Shown piece by piece: positions 18,747 to 26,577 of a stretch of DNA of 40,691 nt. Positions within the stretch are counted from its first letter, which is position 1. Every line of letters starts with the position of its first letter. The translations under genes and the position numbers were made by a program. The notes under the pieces were generated by a model. That model ran no database searches, had not been told where the DNA came from, and worked only from the letters and a program-made list of their open reading frames with translations. The DNA is from a virus (taxonomy: Duplodnaviria > Caudoviricetes), in IMG/VR virus record IMGVR_UViG_3300044667_000092, positions 1 to 40,691 of that record; one strand, 5' to 3'.

Positions 18747-19538
18747 ATGCCCGACCGATGGCTGCCCGGCGCTGAGCGGCGGCCCCAGAACAACGGCGGC
18801 TCGATGGCCGGCGGCCCCGCGCGCGCGGTGTGGCACATCACCTGGGATGCGCTCGGCAAGGGCGGGCGGATGCCCGACTTCGACAACATCGCCAACTACC
18901 TGCGGAACGTCGACTTCTGCCCGCACCTGATGTGGGATCCGTGGACGGGCCGGATCGTGCAGTTCTACCCGGCGGACCAGTCGGCGCGCGCGCTGGAGAA
19001 CCGCGCGGGCGGCGTCGAGACGAACCGCATGGGCCAGGTCTGCCTTCAGGTGGAGGTGTTCTTCTCGCCCGGCGCGGTGGTGGGCGGCAAGACGTACAAC
19101 ACGGTCGGCGAGACCCCGTGCAAGGGGCTCGACCGGATCGTGGCATGGATGCGGTCGTGGGGCGTGCCGGACGCCTGGCCCGCCGGCTGGCCGCAGTGGT
19201 CCGGCAACTCCCGCTCGTCGAGCACGTGGCTGACGAAGGCGGGGCACTACGGGCACTGCCACGTGCCCGAGAACAGCCACTCTGACCCGGGGCCGATGCC
19301 CAAGGGGATGTTCGAGGGAGACGACATGCAGCTCGATGACAGCGTCCCGGTCGGCAAGACCTACGCCGGCGACTTCGCCCACGACTCGTACCCGCTGAGC
19401 TTCGTGGAGATCGGCGCGTTCGCGGAGGCGAAGCGGGCCCGGGTCGCGGCGGCGGACATCGAGAAGAAGGTCGACGCGATGGCCGCCGACCTCGCCGAGA
19501 TCAAGGCGCTGCTGAGCGCCGCGAAGGAGGAGTCATGA
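18747..19538 (+). CDS. endolysin, N-acetylmuramoyl-L-alanine amidase (Amidase_2-like)
   Basis: VWHIT, PHLMWDP, QVE, GHCHVPENSHSDPG Zn-amidase motifs; flanked by membrane genes. Confidence 0.85.
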   Translation: MPDRWLPGAERRPQNNGGSMAGGPARAVWHITWDALGKGGRMPDFDNIANYLRNVDFCPHLMWDPWTGRIVQFYPADQSARALENRAGGVETNRMGQVCLQVEVFFSPGAVVGGKTYNTVGETPCKGLDRIVAWMRSWGVPDAWPAGWPQWSGNSRSSSTWLTKAGHYGHCHVPENSHSDPGPMPKGMFEGDDMQLDDSVPVGKTYAGDFAHDSYPLSFVEIGAFAEAKRARVAAADIEKKVDAMAADLAEIKALLSAAKEES

Positions 19539-19735
19539 AGCTCGGCTCGTACGCGAAGGCGATCGTCGCGGCGATGGTGGCGGGCGGCGGTGCGCTCGGC
19601 ACCGCGCTCGCCGACAACACGGTGTCGTGGGGTGAGTGGGTCGGTGTCGCCGTGGTCACCCTCGGCGCGCTCGGCATCACCGCCGTCGTCCCGAACGCGA
19701 AGGTCTCCGACCAGTTCCGGGAGCCCCGCATGTAG
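19535..19735 (+). CDS. holin
   Basis: 66 aa, two TM segments, YAKAIVAA...EWVGVAV...VVPN pattern; follows the lysin. Confidence 0.8.
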   Translation: MKLGSYAKAIVAAMVAGGGALGTALADNTVSWGEWVGVAVVTLGALGITAVVPNAKVSDQFREPRM

Positions 19736-19783
19736 CCTGGTCACCGCTACGCAATACGCCCCGGCTTCGGCCGGTACGGGCAG

Positions 19784-19832
19784 CGCCCCGCACCCCTGAT
19801 GAGCGGCCCCTGGGCCGAGGGGGTGCGGGGCG
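19784..19832. terminator. hairpin after lysis cassette
   Basis: CGCCCCGCACCCC (19784-19796) pairs with GGGGTGCGGGGCG (19820-19832). Confidence 0.6.
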
Positions 19833-19889
19833 TCTCCGCTGTGCGGGTAGCCTGAGCCCGTCGGCGGGTGGGGAAGCCCGTCCGACACG

Positions 19890-19935
19890 AACGCCCCGTC
19901 TCCCCCGCTTCGGCGGGCGGAGGCGGGGCGTTTCG
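19890..19935. terminator. probable bidirectional intrinsic terminator
   Basis: AACGCCCCGTCTCC-CCCGC-TTCG-GCGGG-CGGAGGCGGGGCGTT long stem with a C(UUCG)G loop, between convergent operons. Confidence 0.7.
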
Positions 19936-20078
19936 CTATGCCCTGGGTTTCGATCAAGGCGAAACCGGTTTCGCCCCCGGTATCGCCCTGGCCTGCATGG
20001 TTTCTGGTTTCGGGGGGTCGCTCGGAGGGCCCTGGGCGGCCCTGAGCGGGCGCCTGGGGGCACGCCACCCCGAAACCA
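19929..20078. repeat. cluster of GGTTTCG/CGAAACC repeats (candidate clt locus)
   Basis: Exact or 1-mismatch copies at 19929, 19946, 19960(rc), 19967, 19979, 19999, 20006, 20071(rc). Includes the 18-bp palindrome GGCGAAACCGGTTTCGCC (19958-19975). Confidence 0.7.
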
Positions 20079-22208
20079 CTACGCGTCCACGGGCGCCCGC
20101 ATCACCGCCTCCACGTCCTCCCAGCGGACGCCCTTCGCGCCGCCGCCCGCGCCCCGCTTGTTGATCTGCCGGGTCGAGACCCCGTACGGCTTGAGAGCGT
20201 TGGACAGCATCGTCGAGCGCGCCGCGCGCGCCTCCCGCAACTCCTCCTCGCTCGCGTCCGGGTCCGGCTCACCCATCCACGACCCGTAGATGTCCGGCCG
20301 GTACACCGCGAGCGCCTCGACCAGCGCGGCGGAGTGCATCGTCTCCTCGCCCGCCGGCCACACCGCGCGCAGGTGATCGAGCAGGTCGGTGTCGTCGACC
20401 TCGGGCGGCTCCTCCCCCGCGGCCTCGCCGGTCAGCGTCCCGGCCGCGATCCGCAGGGCGAGCGCCCGCTTCCCGATGGCGACGGCCTCGGTCTGGGTGA
20501 TGAACGCCGCGCGCGCGATCTGCGCGTCCAGGGCGGAGCGGGCGAGCCAGCCGGTCCCGGCGTCCTTGCGCGGGTCGAACATCGTCGCCCGGACGCCGCG
20601 CGCGTACATGCCGGAGCCGAGCACCAGGTTGTTCGGGACGTGGCCGGTGACGGCGAGGCAGAACCGCAGGATGGCGTTGTCCGAGATGGCCTTCGGGATG
20701 GACTCGGCGTCCGGCCGCTGCGTCGTGAACACCACGACGATCCCGTACGCGCGCGCCTTGCGGATGAGGCGACCGGCGATGGCCTTCGCCTCTTCCTTGT
20801 ACTCGTCGTGCTCGAACAGCGTGTGCGCCTCATCGAAGATCGCCAGCAGCGGGTGCAGCCCGAGTTCCCGCCGGTCAGCGAGGCGTCGCGACACCTTCCG
20901 ACCCTCCGGGACGTCCGACAGCGGCAGGCTCTTCACGACCTTCTTCCGCCGGTTCAGCTCCTGCTCCAGCGCGCGGAGGGCATCGAGCGCGGCGCGGCAG
21001 TCCTCGTCGTCGTCGCCGGATAGGTACCGATGGCATACCGGCCGGACCGGCTCCAGGTCACCGGAGCCCTTCATTTCGTAGAGCCACAGTTCGCACGTCG
21101 GATCGAGGGCGCCCCACAGCGACAGGACCAGCACGGCGCTGGTCTTCCCGGAGCCCATGACGCCGCCGATGAGGACGTTGGCGCCGATCAGGTCGAGGGT
21201 GACGAGGCGTCCGCGGGGGTCCCAGCCGAACGGCATCGGCTCGAACAGGTCCGCTTGGCCGCCCTTCAGCAGCGGCCACAGGCGGCGCTTGGCCTTCGCC
21301 GGGTCCTGCCGCGCGATCCACAGGCGCAGGCGGCCGGGGTGGGCGTCCGGGTCGGTCTCCGGCCAGACGCAGCCGAGCGGCCGTCTCATCGCCGCGGCGA
21401 GCTTCGGGCGCTGCTCCAGGATCGTCTCGGCGAGCACGCCGCGCGGCAGGTCCAGCTCGGCGAGCCAGCCCGGCCCGTCGATCGCGATCGGGGTCACCCA
21501 GTCCACGGCGCCCTTGATGCCGATCGCTTTGAGCGCGTCCTCGACCTCGTTGCTGGTGAGCTTGCGTTGCATCCGGACGGCGACGTACCGGTGGACGATC
21601 GGCTGGTCAGGGACACGCCCCACCGCACCGAGGAAGGACATCAGGCCGGCGGCCGCGGCGACCATCACCCAGTGGGGCAGCAGGATCGCCGCGAGGTAGA
21701 TCGGGAGCGCCCCGGACACTGCCGCGATACCGGACTGGCGCCAGCGGGAGTGCACGCGGTCGGAGACCTTCTCCGACATGGGGAGCGCGCTGTGGTCCTT
21801 GCTTGCGGCGGCCGCGGAGATGACTGGGCGGATTTCGGCGTCGGTGACCCACCGCCACCATTCCCCCGCCATGAGGCCGAGGCCGCGGGGCGCCCGGCAC
21901 CACAGCCGCATCGTGTACGCCGGGAGCCGCAGGCCATGGTAGCCCCACACGTGCCCGTACCAGCGCGCCGCGAAGAGGGCGCTGTCGGCGAGCTGCGCGC
22001 GTGACCGGAGCCACGCCGGGACGATCGCGGGGGCGGCCGCGAGCCTGGCCGTCCGCTCCGCTCGCCATCCGGCCGCCGGCGGCTCCGGCTGGTCGACCGG
22101 GACCGCCTCGACGCGCTCGGGCTCCAGGACGGCGACGTCCGCCGTCTCCTTGACGAGGGAGACGGCGTCGTCGGGGACGGCGTACAGCCGCGGCGGGGCC
22201 GTCGTCAT
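20079..22208 (-). CDS. FtsK/SpoIIIE-family DNA translocase, TraB-like
   Basis: N-terminal hydrophobic segments, Walker A GVMGSGKT, Walker B IFDEAH, RKARAYGI...TTQRP, putative C-terminal winged helix. Domain order matches actinomycete plasmid/AICE TraB. Confidence 0.88.
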   Translation of the reverse strand: MTTAPPRLYAVPDDAVSLVKETADVAVLEPERVEAVPVDQPEPPAAGWRAERTARLAAAPAIVPAWLRSRAQLADSALFAARWYGHVWGYHGLRLPAYTMRLWCRAPRGLGLMAGEWWRWVTDAEIRPVISAAAASKDHSALPMSEKVSDRVHSRWRQSGIAAVSGALPIYLAAILLPHWVMVAAAAGLMSFLGAVGRVPDQPIVHRYVAVRMQRKLTSNEVEDALKAIGIKGAVDWVTPIAIDGPGWLAELDLPRGVLAETILEQRPKLAAAMRRPLGCVWPETDPDAHPGRLRLWIARQDPAKAKRRLWPLLKGGQADLFEPMPFGWDPRGRLVTLDLIGANVLIGGVMGSGKTSAVLVLSLWGALDPTCELWLYEMKGSGDLEPVRPVCHRYLSGDDDEDCRAALDALRALEQELNRRKKVVKSLPLSDVPEGRKVSRRLADRRELGLHPLLAIFDEAHTLFEHDEYKEEAKAIAGRLIRKARAYGIVVVFTTQRPDAESIPKAISDNAILRFCLAVTGHVPNNLVLGSGMYARGVRATMFDPRKDAGTGWLARSALDAQIARAAFITQTEAVAIGKRALALRIAAGTLTGEAAGEEPPEVDDTDLLDHLRAVWPAGEETMHSAALVEALAVYRPDIYGSWMGEPDPDASEEELREARAARSTMLSNALKPYGVSTRQINKRGAGGGAKGVRWEDVEAVMRAPVDA

Positions 22209-22894
22209 ACCGTGGCTCCGGCGTGGCCGTTGAGCGACGGCACGGGCGGCTCGGCGGGCTCGGTGTCGGTCTCGGGCTGCGCCACCGTCTTGAGCCAGCC
22301 GCCCAGCTTCTTGCGGTCGACGTCGAACGCGGCGGCGATCTGGCGCTGTGAGGGCTTCTCACCGAGGCAGTCGCGGGTGTGAAGGTAGGCGTGCAGCGCC
22401 GCCTCCTGCACGGTGGCCGCCACACCGTGCGGGCACGGCGTCTCGGTGGCGGCGGGCTCCTCGTCCGGGGCGCTGTCGCGGCTGGAGCGGATCTGTCGCA
22501 TGAGGAGTTCGTAGGCGATGATCAGCGCCACGGCGGGCCACGCGCTGACCAGCGCACCGACCAGTCCGTGGGCGATGCCGTGCGCCACGTTCGCGCCGAT
22601 CGTCGCCGCCATCCCCAGGGCCGCCCCCGCGTAGGCGAGCAGCGGCGCGCGGACGCCGCGGCGGGCCGCGTTCCGCAGCACCATCCCGGACGCGTAGACG
22701 AGCCCGTCGATGGTCGCTGCGCCGATCACCGCCGCCGATCCGTCCTCGCCGTGGCTGTGGATCAGGTCGTAGGCGTGGCCGTAGGAGACGTAGGCGGCGC
22801 CGCACGCGAGCGCGACCACCACGGCGATCGTCGAGAACCGGCTGAGCCGGTCGGCGCCGAGGGTGGCGGCGGCTGGTTCGAGGGTGTCGTTCAT
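22205..22894 (-). CDS. DUF2637 / SpdA-like membrane protein with C-terminal HTH
   Basis: Four TM segments with AAYVSYGH, IDGL, ATIGANVAH, VSAWPAVALIIAYELL motifs; C-terminal PSQRQIAAAFDVDRKK HTH; stop overlaps the traB start. Confidence 0.78.
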   Translation of the reverse strand: MNDTLEPAAATLGADRLSRFSTIAVVVALACGAAYVSYGHAYDLIHSHGEDGSAAVIGAATIDGLVYASGMVLRNAARRGVRAPLLAYAGAALGMAATIGANVAHGIAHGLVGALVSAWPAVALIIAYELLMRQIRSSRDSAPDEEPAATETPCPHGVAATVQEAALHAYLHTRDCLGEKPSQRQIAAAFDVDRKKLGGWLKTVAQPETDTEPAEPPVPSLNGHAGATV

Positions 22895-22955
22895 GATGTC
22901 TCCGAAGGTCGGTTCGGGAAGCCCCGGCCCCACGGGGCAGGGCCGGGGCGGACGG

Positions 22956-23111
22956 TTACTGGCCGCGCCTGCGCAGCTCTTCGGTGATCTCGGTGATGGC
23001 CTTCTTGTTCTCCTCGGCGCGGCGGCCGGTGACCCGTTTGCTGCGGACGGCGTCGAGTCGCTCGTCGCGCTGCCGGATCAGCTCGTCGGTGGTGCGGTTC
23101 CTGAAGAGCAT
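22956..23111 (-). CDS. small basic coiled-coil protein
   Basis: AAGGAG RBS before ATG 23111; MLFRNRTTDELIRQR...ITEELRRRGQ. Confidence 0.6.
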   Translation of the reverse strand: MLFRNRTTDELIRQRDERLDAVRSKRVTGRRAEENKKAITEITEELRRRGQ

Positions 23112-23140
23112 GGAGATCTCCTTGGTCGGAGGGATGGTGA

Positions 23141-23230
23141 CCGCAGCTCCCCGCGCCCCGACCGACACGGGGAGCTGCGGCGAATGGGGGCCGCGACCCC
23201 GAGGACTCCGCTACAAGCTCGGGGCCGCGG
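23141..23230. terminator. two tandem GC-rich hairpins upstream of the tra genes
   Basis: CCGCAGCTCCCCG/CGGGGAGCTGCGG (23141-23180) and CCGCGACCCCGAG/CTCGGGGCCGCGG (23191-23230). Confidence 0.5.
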
Positions 23231-23272
23231 CGATGAAGGGGGCGAGTCTGCCCCGGTTTGATGCGCGCCAGC

Positions 23273-23620
23273 TCAGGCGGAGCGCCACCACGGCGCCGGG
23301 TCGTACCACGGCTCCGGCGGCGCCTCCAGCAGCATCACGACCTGCTCGGCCGCCCGCGCCGGACCGGCCGCGAGCCGCTCGCCCTCGCCTGCCGGGCGCT
23401 CGCCGCGACTCCAGGCGAACGTCCCGGCGGCGGCGTTCCAGCCGACGTAGACCGCCTGCTTGCCGCGCATCACGGCCTGCACGAGTTCCCCGTTGCCGAA
23501 AACGGTGACGCCGGGGCGCCTCTCCAGGTGGGCTTCCAGCCACTCCAGCGGATGGCCGTTCGTTCCGACCTCCGACGCTGGGGTGGGCGCGCCCTGTGCC
23601 GCGCGCTCGGACGCGCCCAC
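23273..23620 (-). CDS. hypothetical protein
   Basis: 115 aa, start 2 nt after the upstream stop; plausible alpha/beta composition. Confidence 0.6.
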   Translation of the reverse strand: MGASERAAQGAPTPASEVGTNGHPLEWLEAHLERRPGVTVFGNGELVQAVMRGKQAVYVGWNAAAGTFAWSRGERPAGEGERLAAGPARAAEQVVMLLEAPPEPWYDPAPWWRSA

Positions 23621-23622
23621 GT

Positions 23623-23967
23623 CTATCGCCCCGCCTTCGCGCGCATCAGCGGCCCGCCGATGAGGACGGCCGCGTCGATGATGTTCGCGGCCTCAATGAC
23701 CGGCCGGTCCCCGGCGAAGAACCAGGGTGTGCCGCCGTCGTCCTCGCGGGGCTTGCAGGTGATGATCACCGTGTTGCGGGGTTCGCCGTTGTACCAGATG
23801 CGCCCGTGCTCGTCGGGGGTGGACGTGGCGGCGATGACGTCGATCAGGCGCGAGCCGTCCCACGGAACGGTCGGGGGTGCGATCACGAAGAGGCGGCTGT
23901 CGATGACGCGGGCCTCGAAGCCCTGCCCGTCCATGCGGGCGGCGAGCTGATGGAGTGCGGAGTCCAT
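23623..23967 (-). CDS. hypothetical protein
   Basis: ATG 23967 lies 7 nt downstream of a -10-like TAGGTT (likely leaderless); divergent from gntR. Confidence 0.65.
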   Translation of the reverse strand: MDSALHQLAARMDGQGFEARVIDSRLFVIAPPTVPWDGSRLIDVIAATSTPDEHGRIWYNGEPRNTVIITCKPREDDGGTPWFFAGDRPVIEAANIIDAAVLIGGPLMRAKAGR

Positions 23968-24075
23968 GGCCCGCAACCTACCCACACCTTGATACGCCTG
24001 AACACTCCTTGCGTAAATTGACCATTGCTAACCACACCTAACCACCATTAACGCAGGCCCAATACGGTTATCCAC
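23968..24075. promoter_or_regulatory. divergent promoter region with 10-bp phased repeats
   Basis: AT-richer. -10-like TACGGT (24063-24068, +) and TAGGTT (23975-23980, -), each 7 nt from an ATG. CTAACCAC-like repeats at 23978, 24018, 24028, 24038, 24048. Confidence 0.6.
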
Positions 24076-24333
24076 ATGGCGTGGGAGTTCCGTGGACCGG
24101 ATCCGCTGTACAAGCAGATCGCAACCGAACTCCGTAGCCGCATCGAGCGCGGCGTCTATCAGCCGGGCTACGCGATCCCGTCGAATTCCGCCCTGTGCGA
24201 GGAGTTCGGCGTCACCCACCGAACCGCGCGCATGGCCGTCGAGATCCTCGTCGAGGAGGGACTGCTCGTCGGCGCCGTCGGCCGGGGCATGTTCGTCACC
24301 GACCCGGACAGCAGAACGCCCGCCGACCAGTAG
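24076..24333 (+). CDS. GntR-family winged-helix regulator (Kor-like)
   Basis: PLYKQIATELRSRIERGVYQPGYAIPS...LCEEFGVTHRTARMAVEILVEEGLL...GRGMFV; DNA-binding domain only. Confidence 0.92.
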   Translation: MAWEFRGPDPLYKQIATELRSRIERGVYQPGYAIPSNSALCEEFGVTHRTARMAVEILVEEGLLVGAVGRGMFVTDPDSRTPADQ

Positions 24334-24356
24334 GCCGACGGGCGGTGCGTGGGCGG

Positions 24357-24821
24357 TCAGCTCACCGTCGCCGAGTAGGACGTGCCGAACCCGTCCTTGG
24401 TGAACGTCACGGTCTTCGGGGTGAACTTCCCCTCCGCGACGATCGTCCCGGTGATCTTCTCGTGGGGCTGGATCTTCGCGGTGGAGATCTGCCGGCTGTC
24501 GACGCCGAGCGCGTCGGCCTCGTGGTGCGAGCCGTCCGTCCCGGTGATCGCGAAGTACAGCGGGTTCATGTCCAGCACCTTGCTGGTGTTGTTGGTGACG
24601 GTGACCTTCACGACCGTGTACGGCTTGTCGTCGGCGAGCGCGTCGCGGTGCAGGGTGGCCTTGACGGCGACGATCTTCACGGGGACGGTCTTCGGCTTCG
24701 CCTTGGCCGCGGCGGTGGCCTTGCCTCTGGACTGGACGGCGGCCGGCTTCTCGTCGGGCGCCTGGCAGGCCGTCAGGACGAGGCCGGCGGTGAGGGCGGT
24801 GAGCGCCGCGATCTTACGCAT
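24357..24821 (-). CDS. DUF4352-like lipoprotein
   Basis: Signal peptide with lipobox LTAC; Ig-like VKVTVTN...NPLYF...IQPHEKITGTIV pattern. Confidence 0.8.
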   Translation of the reverse strand: MRKIAALTALTAGLVLTACQAPDEKPAAVQSRGKATAAAKAKPKTVPVKIVAVKATLHRDALADDKPYTVVKVTVTNNTSKVLDMNPLYFAITGTDGSHHEADALGVDSRQISTAKIQPHEKITGTIVAEGKFTPKTVTFTKDGFGTSYSATVS

Positions 24822-24947
24822 GGGGGTGTCCTCTCGAAACCAGCGGCGGGGGGCGCGATGTGGGACGCACCCCTTCCGCCGCCGGTTGCACGGGGAAAGG
24901 TCGCTGTCACCATCCGGCCACCCGCCGGTCGGCCGACGGTCACCCGG

Positions 24948-25155
24948 CCGTGCGTGCGCCGTGCGTGCGGATCATTGGATTGCCATGGACACCCATGGAC
25001 ACCGGTTGACAAGAACGCCCAGGTTAGGGCGGAAATGACGCCCTGACCAGGGGCTTTAGAACACCGGGATGATGTGTTCTTACCCATCGTGTTCGTGCTG
25101 CTCATCGCCCCCGTCGACCTGATCGCCCGAGGCCCGTGCGTGATCTGAGCGTGAT
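24948..25155. other. probable attP site
   Basis: Tandem 11-mers CCGTGCGTGCG x2 (24948-24969) and CCGTGCGTGAT/CTGAGCGTGAT (25134-25155) as arm-type sites. CCATGGACAC x2 (24983-25002). Inverted repeat AGAACAC-N9-GTGTTCT (25058-25080) as core, at the integrase stop. Confidence 0.7.
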
Positions 25156-26240
25156 GATCTTGCGGTGCGCTTCTTCCACGCCGCCTTGATGTCGGCGTAG
25201 GCGTTCGGGTCGTGGTGCAGATACTGCTCGGTCGTCTTGATCGACTCGTGTCCGAGGATCTGCTGCACACTGAAGATCGGCACCCCGTCCTGCAGCAGCC
25301 GCGACGCCGCCGTGTGCCGACAGGTGTGCGGCTTGGCATACCGGACGCCAGCCGCGGTCAGCGCCTTGCGCCACTGCGCCCAGAAGCTCTTGTAGTTGAC
25401 CGGCAGGCCCCGGATGTTGATGAACACCAGCTCGTCCAGGTCGCGGCCCGACATCCGCGCACGCAGCGCGTCCATGACGTGGTCGGGGATCGGGATGACC
25501 CGGTCCGACTCCTCGCTCTTGGGGTACGGCCGCAGGCCCTGCGGGGTCATCACCTGCTGGATGCCGAGGATGAGCCCGCGCAACCAGTCGATGTCCCGGC
25601 CGCGCAGCCCGGCCAGCTCCTCCCAGCGCAGCCCCGACCACATCGACAGCTCGGCGAGCGTCCGGTACGGCTCGATGAGCTTGGACAGGATCGCGGCCTG
25701 CTCGTCGTCGGTGAAGTAGCGGCGCTTCTTCGGCGGCAGCCGCGGGAGCCGCACGCCCGTGCAGGGGTTGTGCAGGATGATCGGCGGGGTCTCCTCCGTC
25801 GCGGCGCGCAGCATGCTCGACAGCACCATGAACGCCAGGTGCACGGTGGGTGCGCCGAGCGGCTTGGCCTGCCCGTCGCGGGTCCGGCCGCCGGACTTGG
25901 ACAGGCGCTTCACCCAGCCCTCGACCTCCATGCGGGTGATCGCCTCCAGCGGCCAGTCACCCCAGTGCGGCAGCACGTACCGGTCGAGGTTCTTGCGGTC
26001 CCGCTCGGCGGTCGTCTCGGCGACGACGCGGGCGTCCCACCACCGGTCGTGCCATTCGCGCAGGGTGATCCGGCCGGCGCGCGGGTCGCGCATGTCGCCG
26101 CGGGCGAAGCGCGCCTCCTCGGCGTCGGCCCATTCCTTGACGACGCCCTTCAGGCGGTCGGTCTTGGTGGCCCGTTTCCCGGAGGGCATGTAGACGGTGG
26201 CCTGCCATTTCCCGGACGGCAGGCGGCGGAAGGAAGCCAT
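25080..26240 (-). CDS. int: tyrosine integrase
   Basis: Arm-binding N-terminus MASFRRLPSGKWQA; catalytic GLRWEE, HTCRH, LGH, TTEQY; GAGGA RBS. Confidence 0.96.
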   Translation of the reverse strand: MASFRRLPSGKWQATVYMPSGKRATKTDRLKGVVKEWADAEEARFARGDMRDPRAGRITLREWHDRWWDARVVAETTAERDRKNLDRYVLPHWGDWPLEAITRMEVEGWVKRLSKSGGRTRDGQAKPLGAPTVHLAFMVLSSMLRAATEETPPIILHNPCTGVRLPRLPPKKRRYFTDDEQAAILSKLIEPYRTLAELSMWSGLRWEELAGLRGRDIDWLRGLILGIQQVMTPQGLRPYPKSEESDRVIPIPDHVMDALRARMSGRDLDELVFINIRGLPVNYKSFWAQWRKALTAAGVRYAKPHTCRHTAASRLLQDGVPIFSVQQILGHESIKTTEQYLHHDPNAYADIKAAWKKRTARSSRSDHARASGDQVDGGDEQHEHDG

Positions 26241-26316
26241 GGGGGTCCTCTCGTGGCCCGAAAGCGGGCGCCGCCCGGGAGCGGGGAAGAACTCCGGGCG
26301 GCGCGTGTCGGACAGG

Positions 26317-26577
26317 TCAGTTGAAGCGTGCCGCACCGTCGCGGTCGTTGCGCAGGGTCGTGAGGATGTCGTGGTCGACGGACACCGATCGGATCTGCAG
26401 TCGCTCGACGCGCGTCATGCGCCGGTCGACCGCGAGGTAGTGGAACGAGGCGATGGCGTAGACCAGGCCGACCGTAGAGACGGAGCGGGCGAAGTCGTGC
26501 TCGGCGTGCAGAGCGAGCAGGGTCATGGAGGCCGATGCGACGGCGACGGCAATGGCGCCGATGATCGTGTTGGGCAC
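26317..26577 (-). CDS. small two-TM membrane protein
   Basis: GGGGAG RBS before GTG 26577; two hydrophobic segments; between repressor and integrase. Confidence 0.6.
   Translation of the reverse strand: MPNTIIGAIAVAVASASMTLLALHAEHDFARSVSTVGLVYAIASFHYLAVDRRMTRVERLQIRSVSVDHDILTTLRNDRDGAARFN

Noticed and set aside
104-19382. Many long minus-strand ORFs across the structural arm (e.g. 1334..3286, 8922..10850, 11409..13430, 13493..15682, 16730..18130)
   Set aside because: Antisense shadows of real genes in high-GC DNA; Arg/Gly/Ala-rich with no motifs or RBS.
19929-20078. Repeat cluster as a CRISPR array
   Set aside because: Repeats are only 7-11 bp, irregularly spaced and in both orientations; no cas genes.
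20079-22208. Interpretation as chromosomal cell-division FtsK or a type VII secretion ATPase
   Set aside because: Single ATPase domain, no WXG100 or secretion genes, and DUF2637/GntR neighbours point to a TraB-type translocase.
20334-22987. Plus-strand ORFs over the traB/DUF2637 region
   Set aside because: Shadows of the minus-strand genes, which carry clear motifs.
24900-25160. tRNA gene or tRNA fragment at attP
   Set aside because: No T-arm GTTCGA(A/G)TC plus acceptor-stem pattern or cloverleaf is visible; no tRNA seen elsewhere in the window.
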